Assembly: GCA_013115145.1 (NCBI GenBank)
Contig: JAAPAO010000107.1
Coordinates: 11,953 to 75,952 of the forward strand
Source of the DNA: Perkinsus chesapeaki ATCC PRA-425
Taxonomy: Eukaryota > Protista > Perkinsozoa
Length of the DNA stretch: 64,000 nt
Reading direction: 5' to 3'
Shown: piece by piece, positions 1 to 11,500 of the stretch
Layout of the letters: every line of letters starts with the position of its first letter
Position numbering within the stretch: position 1 is the first letter of the stretch
Notes under the pieces: generated by a model
Seen by the model: the letters and a program-made list of their open reading frames with translations, nothing else
What the model was told of the DNA's origin: nothing
The model's database searches: none
Translations under genes and position numbers: made by a program

Positions 1-3000
1 TGCCTCTCGGAATACTTCCATGGCATCTGAGTACTCATTAAAAATGTTTCCCATCCCACCTTCGATCGTTCCCTCTCTAAGTGACCAACAACACCCAATG
101 CCTCCATAGCCTGTCTCGCTATCATCGGGTTATCATCTCTTACCAAATCCAATATATAATGTACCACCTACAAACACGTCTCTTTGGTAGGCTGTCACGC
201 CATCCCAGTTAATTAGCGCGGCAAATCATCTTTTCGCTTTCCGTAAAGCGAGCTCATCTTCCTAAGGTGGCAAGGAGCGGATATTCCCCTATTCTCTCCC
301 TGTACAATACGATAGACTTTCCGGATCCTAGAGGCTTCGAAAGCAGTCTTACCAGCAAACCTCGGCAGCGAAGCAAGTTTCCTACCCTACCTGTCCGTCT
401 TGGTCCTCAAGGACAACCTCAGCTGTCTCCGAGTTGGACAGGAGCACAGTGAAGGTCCACAAGAGCTGCAGTACCTGCTCCCGCTTCTTGATATTGACCA
501 TCCTCATATGTCAGGTAATACTATCTCATCGTCCTCCTGTTTAGCTGTGAGCAGGTCCACTAAGCGCCTCAAGAGCAAAGGACTCTCACACAGTCTGGTG
601 CCAACCTCGGTGTCCGAGGATGCCGCCACTACCTGATACTTCTAACTCAGCTTCATAGAAAATATCGAAAATGAAATGATTATTAGAAGTTAAGGGATTA
701 TAACAAATGAAATGATTATTAGAAATGATATTTATAAAGAAATTAGAGGACTATTGTGAGATATTATAGGAGGATGATTCGAAATAAAAAATCACTAGAT
801 CCGAAAGAATTATCAGAAACAAAAGAATCAATAGTCCCTCCCCTGCCTACCCCAGCCACCATAATGCTCTGCAGCAACACATCGTCGCCTGTGAATCCTG
901 GTATAAGTTGCTGGGTGAGCAAGTCCAATAGGAAGCCATTATCATCCATCGAGCAAAGCTCTCCCCAATCAACTGTACCGGGACATGTGAAGTTTGCCAA
1001 CATGCCGAGTATCTTGGGATTCTCAATCACGAGCTCGCCTCATACACGCGGGGCAAGAAATAAGCATGCAGGTTGTTGCTAACACCTTCTAGTAGTCAGC
1101 AAGAGCTCTCGCAGCGAGTTTGACAATGTAATATATCACACCAGCTGCGTCTATCATATATTCCTACTTCCACAACTATTTCAGCGGCTCCATCGGCCTT
1201 CTCCTCCTTCCCTCCTGCCTTGCCACAACGACGCGCCATCCTAACCAACTCCGCTGCCCAATGAGATAAAGCCGTGCTGTTCATCACCTGCCAACCCCAT
1301 CAGTGATTTACCTTAGTTCCCCTTACATCACAGAAACGCTCTTGGAGCTCCTGCCCGTGGCTGCTCACATTTCGCATCACTTTCAGCACGAGAGGGTCAC
1401 GGAACTTGATAGCCCTGTGAACCTACCATGGGCCGGTATCATATCATTTCATATGTTCTTGCTTTACAGCGTTATATTATATATAATTATAACGTTACAG
1501 TATAATATTAATTAGATGTCGAAAGCACTTGGACAGCAAGTGAGTGCCTAGCTATCTCTTGTGGTGTATAAGGAGCACGAAACTCCTTACGATAGCGGAT
1601 TGGTTCGAACTACGTTCAACTATGCCGTAACGTTAATGTACGTTAACTTCTACATTAACCCATTCATTGATTATAACAACTACTGAGGATAATCGGTCAA
1701 CGGTTCCTCGATTCCTTCAACCCTATCAGCGATATCTGCTTACCAAATCTGGCCACAGGCCCGAGTCAAGCATAAGCCGTGAGCTTCTTTGATGCACTGA
1801 TAGATTCACCATGACCTACATCATCACTCACCGACCTCTATTCGCTAGCCAAACGCCTACTGCCATGAGATCGAGACCAACTCTCGGTTCGGGGAAGCCA
1901 ACTACGAGCTGGATTAGCATCGGTATGAAGTCTTGGCAGAAACACAGTTGGGATTTGCACCGATCATCGAACGAAAATTGATATCTGTCGATTTCGAAGT
2001 CGAGCAACAGTAGTGCCGGTGGCGGTACAGCAATCGAAGGACTAGCTGACGGCAGTTGGGCTGCTCTCTGAGGACGGTCACCAAAGTAGTAATAACGCCG
2101 CTCTCTGATAGGGCATCACGAACACCAGGATCGAAGGAGAGGTTATATAAAACCTAGGAAGAGGCAAATGAGTAGGGCCGAGAGGGCCTGTAGTGTGTAG
2201 TTTAACAATAAGAACCCATTAGGTGCGTGTAGTCTAACAATAAGAACCCGTTAGGTGCGTGTAGTTTAACAATAAGAACTCGTTAGGTGCGTGTAGTTTA
2301 ACAATAAGAACTCGTTATCCCCTGAATTTAGCCTTGTATTATAGAATCATTGCGGTGAGGTTGGTAATGCCTACATGAAGAGCCAACACGCCAACGGGGC
2401 TAGACTTGTACTGCAGCACACAGTTTGCTACCAATGGCCGAAGCACCTAAACACAACAACAACAACGAAGTGATGCTCCTTATCAGGATGAATAGTAATA
2501 GATAGGCCACCATTACTGTATCAGCAACACATCGTATAGATTAGGCTTCTACCAACCTAATCTATACGATGAGGAACCTCTACTATGACATAGGTAGCTG
2601 CCCAAGCAGATCAATACAGATATAAAGCCAATTACTTCCCCATACACTCACCCCAGCCTCGACCATTTGATCCTTAGCTTCACGGAATACCGACAGTTTC
2701 TTCATGAACACCAGACACACTTTAAGGAGTGGCTCCCAGGTCCGGTCCAAGAGACGGACTATCAACGATGGCAGCTTGCCATTAACCATTTTACCTGAGA
2801 ACCTGCAAGAATGACATCGGCGACCACTAGTGAAATATTCGCCGGCCCTCCTTCCTTCCACCATACAGAGTCGTCTTAATAAGGTGAGAGACATCGATTC
2901 TTTGCCTGTCCAAGGCGTACTTGGGCCCACGTAATATTTGACTCACGCTGTTCTACCGAACTACTCCTGATGTGAACCTGGTTATTGACTAAGATAATAT

Positions 3001-6000
3001 TAAAGTCGATATATAACAGTTATATAGATCATAACAATGTATAGAAAGTTGAACGAAGACGGAAGAAGACAGAAGGTATCTTCCCTTCATCCCCCCGTTT
3101 ACGAATACCCTTCCAACTCCCCCCCAGTAGCCCCACGTTCAACAGTGGCATCCTCAGCGAGATGCAATAAAGTTAACAATGCTATCCTCAGCAGCTTGTT
3201 TTGTTTCATAACCTTTCGCTCCTCTCTCGCAAGACCTGCTTGGTCTTGTGCTGCCCGGCATTCCTCTACCTAAGGACAAGGGGTCAATACATTACCAATG
3301 CGCCGTATAGGTAACAAAAATTCGCCCAGTTTCACCACTTTGTACGCACGTGGTCGCCTAGGACTGCTAAAAATTCTCCCGGAAACTAAACAGGATTCCG
3401 GTCAATTTTTACACTCCCAGCACTCTCAAACAATGTAGTTGATACGTGAGGGAATTCTATAGCACAACCGAGGCAGGCGGTCGAGAGGTATTCCAGTTTG
3501 AAATGTTGTCAGCTACCTTCCTGATCACCGCAATTTCCAACACCGCAGAGCAATACTATTCCCCTTCAGGAAGTCATCTAGTAGCATCACAGAAATGTGT
3601 TCCCGAGGGAGCAAAAACTTTTATTGCTGAAACACAGTAAGAATTCAGCTGTTGAATATTTTCATAAAGTTTAATATTTAAATATGCTCACAGACAGAAC
3701 GACCGCTACCCTCCCCCACCGTACCCCCTGCCTCAGGACCCTAGCCCTCTCCTGTACTTCATGGTCAACCAACTTGAGCGTAACTCCTCCACACTGTGAT
3801 GCTGACATTAATGGATGGAGGGACGTACAAGTGGACATACAGAGGAAGCAGGAACCTGAACTTCCCTAAAGCACCCTTCAACCTAAGATACGCTACTAAT
3901 TGCCGTGGGCAGATCAAAGAGCCCCATCGACTCCTCTCGTAACACCCTCGCCAGAACGGAAAGCCACGTGCCTGAAATGGATGCCCGCTTCCACGGCGGG
4001 CAAAGAAGCGATGTGAGCTCCTCGTCAAACGTCGAGCACTACAAGTTGCAGCCGCCAACGACAGTCATGAGCCTCTAATACAATTTCCAGTAGCCAGTGG
4101 TGAGTGGTAGATGCTGGACTACCGTAGGTAGTCTACCGTGGGAGCTTATACGAGAGCAATATCATCCGGGAGCCTCGGAGCCGGAGACTCGCTGATGAAG
4201 AACGGGCCATCTCGAGCTCACTCGATGGACCGTATGAATACGCATTTCACCACAATGCTGTCCCATTCAACGCGCGCTCAACTGCAACAAGCGGTATCCT
4301 ACTCTCCATCCCGCCAGCGTCAGCCCTATTGCCTCACGTCTACATCTTAAAAAGCTTTTTATAAGATCTACGATTGGATACATATTCGTAGAACACAATT
4401 TGTCTCGCATAAGAATATGTGTTATTCAATTTTGAAGCATTTCGAAAAGTCCCACTAAATAAAAGCCCAGTCACACTAAGCTAAAAATACTCGATCAAAT
4501 ATTGCTGAGTCGTTAGTCGTTACGCTACAAATACTAAATCAATTTGAGTCCCAATACCCTTAACACTCCCATTAAGACACACACATGACTCCGAATATTA
4601 TACCGACATTCCCTCCTTCCCCCGCCGCCGCCCCCGAGTAGTACAGTTGAATCCACCTTGCTCCCCTCCTGTAGCCATCGCCTCCTTACAAACATAGTCA
4701 AACGTCCGTGGATCTACACACAGCCTGACATACACGAAGATGCCACCGCCGTCGCCGGTGTTCCTGCTTCGTGGGGATGAGCACGTGCTAGTGAGGAGAC
4801 CGAAAGTCAACAGCAATCACAACTTGTACACAAAATTCAGCTCCCTCTAGTAGAGTACTGTACCGAATCACTGAGACTAGTCCAACTAGATGAACAATTC
4901 AGAACAAACCTCCTCGCCAGCGGCGGCTACGGCCCTGCTGCTGCTGCTTTACCGTAAAAAGCATCGTGCCCCTATGAGCTTCTCCTCAGGTGCATCCTCG
5001 TAAAGCATATCCTTATACCTAGTAAGACTCCCATCTGCAGCAGCTGCAGAGAGCTGAACTACTTCTCTGTGGCGTTCGGGCTCACGTCTGCTGGCAAGAG
5101 ACTGAATATCTGAAACGGCTACATTTAGATGACAGTCTTATACAAACGCAATAGTTAAGACATGAGCATTATGATAGAAGCTTCAACCTACTTGATAGCG
5201 TACAGGTTATACAAGCATGATAACATAACATGGTATAGAGTAAAAAAGAAAAATATGCTGAAAGTTCCAAGTCTCAGTCAGATGCCCCCGGAAGAATACG
5301 CGACAGGGTAACGATATCTCAACAAACACGGCGAGCAGAATACAAAAGCCGATAGCTCCGCAGCTTGACAGTTAGTTCACACGAAACCATAGCACCGCAG
5401 CCCTGCCACAGGAGTACCGTCAAAGTTACAAATAAACGGCTTTTTCCTGAAGTCCCGAACTTCGACTCGATTATTCTTTTTATTGTTTGAGCCCCACCGC
5501 GTTACTCTACAATGACAACTTTCCCGACACAATCCTCCTGTCCCCTCCCGAGAACTACAGCTTCATAATAACTCTTCGGAGATTCCTCCGCCAAACTCCT
5601 ATCCTGTCTACGAACACTTGACGGCCTTCTTGTCGTGCTCCTAGGCCTATCCAACGCAGATTGATGAGCCTTCAATGCAGTTAGTAGCCTAATGAGCTCA
5701 TCTCGCTGCTTTGGCAGTATGTACCTGAATCGCGGAGGCAACAGGGAGGCACCGGTAGCCGGGATACTTGTTCTCCATTAAGCAGTCGCCGAGTCAAAAT
5801 AGAACAAGTGATATTCAAACAACACAATGCTCTGAAACACCCCCAGGAACGGCGAAATCAAGGCAATCATTCTACATCCAAATGCTTCCACGAGATGGAC
5901 CAGATCACTTCAAAAACAGCAGACCAAGCAGACTCGATCAGCGATTGCCACCGACCCCTCAGCCATGGTGGCATCAGTAATGAAGACAAGCGTACGAGAG

Positions 6001-6480
6001 TGGTAATCCACCAGTACTCTCGGCACAAGGTATAAATATATTCACCCAAAAAGATCCAAAATCCCACTAAAAGAAATGCTTCTCCTTAAGAAATAAATGC
6101 ATTTGCGCTTGTGTCCCTAGTCTCTACTGAATATAGCACCATGATCACATCAACCTTCCGTAAATCTCTCCTACTTATTTGCCGCTTGCATCACTTGATC
6201 AGCTTTACCTTCGACGTTCGTCCCAACCTCCCGAAGCCGTACTGTCTTTTTACCTTTCAACAACGACGGCTTACAGAATCCCAAGTTCGAAATTCAACAC
6301 TTTTTCGAGACCGTTCTTTTTTGGAAAGTGATATGCCCTACCAGGTTGGCTCTCTACTGAGGTGACCCTATCCTGGTCGTCCATTGTAGAGACTTCTTGA
6401 GTGTAGTTAATAATAATTGTGCCTTCCTCTAGATTTGCCTCCAGCCCATTCGGGCGTATCTTTCGTACCGTTCGTGACAT
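1..6480 (-). CDS. KAP3: Kinesin-associated protein 3 (kinesin-II non-motor ARM-repeat subunit), multi-exon; 3' end runs off the window
   Basis: Minus-strand exon translations match KAP3 motifs in the expected order: MSRTVRKIRPNGLEANLEEGTIIINY (start 6480), YKDMLYED, LARVLREE, KQNKLLRIALLTLLHLAED, VFMKKLSVFREAKDQMVE, DDRCKSQ, RAIKFRDPLVLKVMRNVSSH, LGMLANFT, LLTAKQEDDEIV, YILDLVRDDNP. Matched from memory of the family. Confidence 0.85.
2195..2317. repeat. 32-bp tandem minisatellite (about 3.8 copies) in a KAP3 intron
   Basis: Unit gtgtagtttaacaataagaacYcRttaggtgc starts at 2195, 2227, 2259 and 2291, head-to-tail with no spacers. Confidence 0.95.
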
Positions 6481-6989
6481 TCCAACCTCAAATGAATTAC
6501 CCTTGTTTACTCAACACAACATCTGTCTCCTCCAAAGATATTCTGGCCGTTCTACGGGAAGAAAAGCAGAACTCGAGTACTTTGTAAAGGAAACCGACTC
6601 GTCTGGGATATCATCCAAACAAATCGAGCCTCGAATCTCATACCACACTTCCCTCAAATCTTCTGCACAGCAGAGAGACTTCAGGGAAGGTGTCCGATGA
6701 TAAAATTTCCCCAACATAAGCTTCCGCCGAGTAACGTGACGACAATAATTGATAGAGCAAACAATGGCGCCTTTACGGCCGCAAACGGACAACCGGCCCA
6801 GCAGCCACAGCGAGAAAATCATCCCTCAACGGATATAAATCCATAATGAGGAATTATGCCGTAGTTGCCCATAGCCGACTGTCCCAACTGAATCTGGATA
6901 TATATATAATTCGCCTCCGACTCACAGAGGCAATAGGAGATGGTAGGCCTGTTAAAAGTGGTGGGGCTCAGAGCAGATAGTAAAATTGT

Positions 6990-7859
6990 CTAGAGCGAAA
7001 TAACCATCGTGTTGTCGACGTCGCCGTCACCTCCTGGCAGCCTTTCCAATGTGCCGTCATCGAACGACTGCTGTGATGTCGAGTCGCTCGGGTCCTCCAT
7101 GGCGGGAATGTCGAAGGCGGCATTGACTCTAGATATAGTTCTAGCTGTGACCGGGCTTCCCTGGCTTGCGGAGTCGTCGACATTAGTAGTGGTGGATTGT
7201 GGTGGTGCTGGTGTTGTTGTTGTGGATATACCTTCCTCAATATCATGTTCTTCTTCAACATCAGTCATTTGTGAACGACATAATGGACATCTTAAAGATG
7301 ATAATACATCATCTCTCGATAATATTGGTAATCCTAAATAATTTGGTGCATACATTTTATCATAAGCAGTATCAATAACAGAATCAATACATTTCTCATG
7401 GAATATATGACCACATCGAAGTGTAATAAGTGATTCACCCATATCCTCTTCATCTAGACATATCGGACACAAATCCTCAGCGCCCGTCATCGTCGCCAAA
7501 GTGACCATAGAAGAGCTCTTCGCCACCGCCAAGAATGACTGCTTATCTTCAGGAGTCGGCACCCTCGATGACGCTGCCATAACCTCATCCGCCTCCTCGC
7601 CCGTCAGACCGAAATTCAGGTTGTGCATCGCTTGTTTAAAGCCGTACCTCCGAACCAACGTTCCGAAGAGGATGCCAAGTGGCAGCAAAATCCATATCAG
7701 ACCAACCGCAAAGATAATAATGAGGTCCGGAAAGGTCTTGTGGAGAACTGCAAATACAATAAAGGCAATTCCGACCACCACAAGACCCGCTATCCACACC
7801 CATTTGAATCTTCTTGGGAGTGCTAAGTCGATAAGAGTAGCATTACTTCTCTCTGTCAT
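6990..7859 (-). CDS. 2-TM RING-H2 E3 ubiquitin ligase-like protein (paralog 1)
   Basis: 289-aa intronless ORF with two N-terminal hydrophobic helices, then CPIC...CGHIFHEKC...CPLC (C3H2C3). Confidence 0.85.
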   Translation of the reverse strand: MTERSNATLIDLALPRRFKWVWIAGLVVVGIAFIVFAVLHKTFPDLIIIFAVGLIWILLPLGILFGTLVRRYGFKQAMHNLNFGLTGEEADEVMAASSRVPTPEDKQSFLAVAKSSSMVTLATMTGAEDLCPICLDEEDMGESLITLRCGHIFHEKCIDSVIDTAYDKMYAPNYLGLPILSRDDVLSSLRCPLCRSQMTDVEEEHDIEEGISTTTTPAPPQSTTTNVDDSASQGSPVTARTISRVNAAFDIPAMEDPSDSTSQQSFDDGTLERLPGGDGDVDNTMVISL

Positions 7860-8103
7860 TCACTAGTAAGCTTGTCAGTAGTACAATAGTAACAACAAAT
7901 CGCCTGCCAAACGACCTCAACAACAACCGAATGCATCTCGTTGCGAAACAGAGCCCAATTCCCCATCTGCCTTTCCCTTCCATGTCCACTCAAGAGAATC
8001 GGCACATGCAGTCTCCCGGAGTTCACGGAATATTTTTCCCGAACGCAGTGACCAACTTCCATGTCCATGAAGGCCCGCAACACGTTTTAACGATGTGAAG
8101 CAC

Positions 8104-8663
8104 TCAGAAATGTTTTCCCTTGCCCTTATTGAGACCAGGATTACACTGCGCACGCTCAAGCGAATATGCTGCGAAATTCCGGTCATTCCCTGTCCTCCCA
8201 AGAAGCATAAATATATGAGTAAAATGCATCAGGAAATTCAAGTTCACCGACGAAGCTAGACTAAAGAGCAGCATAAATCCATCCGCCCCCCGGGGCAACA
8301 ACAACATTACGACGTCTTGGAAAGTAACTTTGAGGAATTCACTAACGTAGACACAAATAGTAACGACGATGGCTTCCTTGTTGCCGGGGAACCAAGTTTC
8401 ATCGGTCCCTCGGGCCATCATCAGCAACAGCAAAGGTACTGCCTTCGCTAAGGTATAGCGAACAGAGTGGTACGACCGAGAGCTGTTCGAGCTGTGGTGC
8501 GACCTTCTACACTAAAGAGACGGGAATGTAGAACAGGTGGCCACGATATAATCGACTGGAAGAGTACAGGACAGTATATATAGGCAAGATGGCCTGTGAT
8601 GGAAATACAGAAGTATAGAATAATAACAGATAAGACCAACTTGGTAGCAGCATCTTTGCTCAC
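8104..8663 (-). pseudogene. Possible frameshifted or decaying multi-TM membrane protein
   Basis: Two hydrophobic ORFs (8448-8663, 8104-8433) abut in different frames. No family recognised. Confidence 0.25.
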
Positions 8664-8816
8664 TAATAAGGGAAAGACACTCCTTTAATATGGCCTTCGG
8701 TATGGCAGCGCCAATTCCAGCAGCAAACCCCCGATCTTCAGGGAATCGCCACGACGGGCTGCTGCATCAATACCTCAGGCCAACAACTAGAAATTGCTGA
8801 GGGCCAACTACATTGT

Positions 8817-9620
8817 CTAGAGAGCGACAACAGGCTCCCGACGAGGAGGGGCTTCGCCCACTCTCTCACCAGAAAGATAGAATGCAGGAGGAACTCTGGC
8901 GAGCGGCGGACTGCTGTACACTTCAGCGGGTATATCATCGACATTGGTAGTGGTGGATTGTGGTGCTGGTGGTGTTGTTGTTGTGGATATACCTTCCTCA
9001 ATATCATGTTCTTCTTTAACATCAGTCATTTGTGAACGACATAATGGACATCTTAAAGATGATAATACATCATCTCTCGATAATATTGGTAATCCTAAAT
9101 AATTTGGTGCATACATTTTATCATAAGCAGTATCAATAACAGAATCAATACATTTCTCATGGAATATATGACCACATCGAAGTGTAATAAGTGATTCACC
9201 CATATCCTCTTCATCTAGACATATCGGACACAAATCCTCAGGAGCTGTAGAGGTATCCAAGGTAACCCTAGAGGCGCTCTTAGCTGCCGCCAAGAACGCC
9301 TTCTTGTCCTCTTCAGTGGGAGTCTGACAGGCATCAGTCCTCGGTTCAATCCTGGGACCCACTCGGAGCTTCCTCATTCCCTCACGGAGCCCATACTTCC
9401 TCGTCATCTTCACCAGCAGAACTGCCAACGGCATTAGGATCCACAACAGGGCCACCGCGAAGGCAATAATGAGACCGGGGAAGGTTTGGTGCATTGCAGC
9501 GAGGACAATGAAGGCCATAGTGATGACGAACACACCGGCAAGCCAGACCCAACGGAAATGCCTAGGCAGCGATACTTCCATTATTGTATCGTCTTCAGCT
9601 GGTTGACGGTTTTCGGACAT
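8817..9620 (-). CDS. 2-TM RING-H2 E3 ubiquitin ligase-like protein (paralog 2)
   Basis: 267-aa ORF with the same architecture. The RING region is nearly identical in DNA to paralog 1. Confidence 0.85.
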   Translation of the reverse strand: MSENRQPAEDDTIMEVSLPRHFRWVWLAGVFVITMAFIVLAAMHQTFPGLIIAFAVALLWILMPLAVLLVKMTRKYGLREGMRKLRVGPRIEPRTDACQTPTEEDKKAFLAAAKSASRVTLDTSTAPEDLCPICLDEEDMGESLITLRCGHIFHEKCIDSVIDTAYDKMYAPNYLGLPILSRDDVLSSLRCPLCRSQMTDVKEEHDIEEGISTTTTPPAPQSTTTNVDDIPAEVYSSPPLARVPPAFYLSGERVGEAPPRREPVVAL

Positions 9621-10145
9621 GAGAGATTTAACCTATTGAGAACAGAACACAACTGCTGAGGAAAGCCAGTGACGAGAATTCCGCTAAAAGCCACCTTGCG
9701 GCTTCAATGCATTACTGTAAACGAAGAACTCAAGACTAAATGGATGGGGGAGAGACCGAATGAAAATCACATCCCAGAAGCATCATAAGTGAACGCTAGG
9801 ATGTGAATGCTGCTATGGCGAGCTCCGTCAAGACCAAGCTTCATCGGTCCAGACAGGAGGAGAGGGCCAAATGCAGTACAGAAGTTAGGTAACCCCGTTT
9901 TTGGTTATGTTCTATTTTCAGAAGCTCACAGGGCGGGAACTATCATCACCCTGTGGTGAATGACTAGTATCGAAAGTGTATCAGTAGACGAGGATGACGA
10001 CAAGGGGAATACGGGTACAATAGTTCACAACTGTATATAAAAGGTCGGAACTATCATCACCTTCTATACCCAAATAGATGGGGAAATACAACTAGGGAAG
10101 AGAAAACAGGTAGAATTAGAGACCAGAGATTTACCTACTCAAAGT

Positions 10146-10856
10146 CTAACAAACGCTCGTCGCCGGCGCCGATTCTTCGCACTGGACCACCGGCTGCCGA
10201 CACAAGGGACACTTGATAGAGCCCAATAGCTTGTCAACGCACTCGGAAGATTCTTGGCTGCGAGCCTGTTCATAGGCCCGACCAACCAAGCAGTCCATGC
10301 ATCTTTCATGGAACACATGACCGCACTGCAAAGTGCATAGAGAATCGCCGAGGTCGTGCTCGTCTAGACATATCGGGCAGAGGTCGTCGTAGCTGCCTTG
10401 GATACTGTCAGCTGTGGAGACGCTCATTGAGGACTCGTTCTTGACCATGCTAACGAAGGAACTAATCTCTTCAGGAGTAGCTGGCGTGAGATCCTTAGGA
10501 CCTTCGCCAAGCTCGAGGTCGAGGGTGTTATCCTCTTCACGAAGACTTTGTCGGTAGAATAGGATTCCGACAGGCACGATGATCCAAAGCACAGTGATGG
10601 CAATGCAAACCTGCAGTGTCCATCTAGGAAGGCTTATAGCGGCCACCAGAGCACAGGCGAGGCCGCATAGGACCAGACCACCGAGCCAGATACCACGGTC
10701 TTTCCTGCTGAGGACCATAATGTTGGATTCGGAGAGTGACATCGCTAACGGTAATGCCAAGGCAAACGGAACGCTAACAAACAGATGAAGGATATCTTTA
10801 CAGGAAGAAATGAGCTCAGATTTTAAAAGGTGACTTGAGGATTTCAGATCGTCCAT
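10146..10856 (-). CDS. TM RING-H2 E3 ubiquitin ligase-like protein (paralog 3)
   Basis: 236-aa ORF with hydrophobic helices, then DLCPICLDE...CGHVFHERC...CPLC. Confidence 0.85.
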   Translation of the reverse strand: MDDLKSSSHLLKSELISSCKDILHLFVSVPFALALPLAMSLSESNIMVLSRKDRGIWLGGLVLCGLACALVAAISLPRWTLQVCIAITVLWIIVPVGILFYRQSLREEDNTLDLELGEGPKDLTPATPEEISSFVSMVKNESSMSVSTADSIQGSYDDLCPICLDEHDLGDSLCTLQCGHVFHERCMDCLVGRAYEQARSQESSECVDKLLGSIKCPLCRQPVVQCEESAPATSVC

Positions 10857-11500
10857 ATATTAGTCGCTATAATGGTTGCGTTCGATGACGACGACAACGA
10901 GCAGCTCGACGACGCAATGAAAACATTTAATGCAGTTGCAAGAAATTTTCTTTTGGCGCATAAAGGAAAAGCAGCATTTTTGATCGGTTTTAAATACTGG
11001 AAGTGGAGTTATTGAACGTTATGGAGAGATATTGCTGACGTTCACTCCAAATTCGTTCCGAAATGGGACCTATTCCGTTAGGATATCCGTGAGCCGTTTT
11101 TTCAAATTTTCAAGACCCGTGGAGCAGTTGTAATTGTAACAACCGTAGTGGGGAATCTAAGTCTCACCTGGAGAGGGTTTACGGAGTCTGCTGAATAAAT
11201 GCTCCCTCGATTAAACATTTGGAGCCATGTGAAGGGTCCTTCACAGTAAGACATCAATTTGGGGCCCTCCGACCGGCTTGAAGACCCGTACTAAACAGCT
11301 TTTCCTCGACCTGTCGTATTTGCTCTATATAAGCCGAAAGCGGTGAATGCTCTGCGGGCTTGAATTTAACGGTGAATATCTTAAGAAATCTCATAAATGC
11401 TCACGAGACCCACCTCGCTTTGTGGTGCTTACCATATCCGGGCTACTTATTTCGTATCCAATCATACCGTTTGACAGCAGGAGCTCTCCTATTTTAATTA

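Noticed and set aside
764-1030. ORF resembling a non-LTR endonuclease fragment (W...NG.LLD)
   Set aside because: It fits in order as a KAP3 exon (LGMLANFT...LIPGFTGDDVLLQSI).
2195-2317. 32-bp repeats as a CRISPR array
   Set aside because: The units are contiguous with no unique spacers, lie in a eukaryotic intron and have no cas genes nearby.
6511-6822. 103-aa ORF between KAP3 and RING paralog 1
   Set aside because: No recognisable motif; could be UTR or intergenic.
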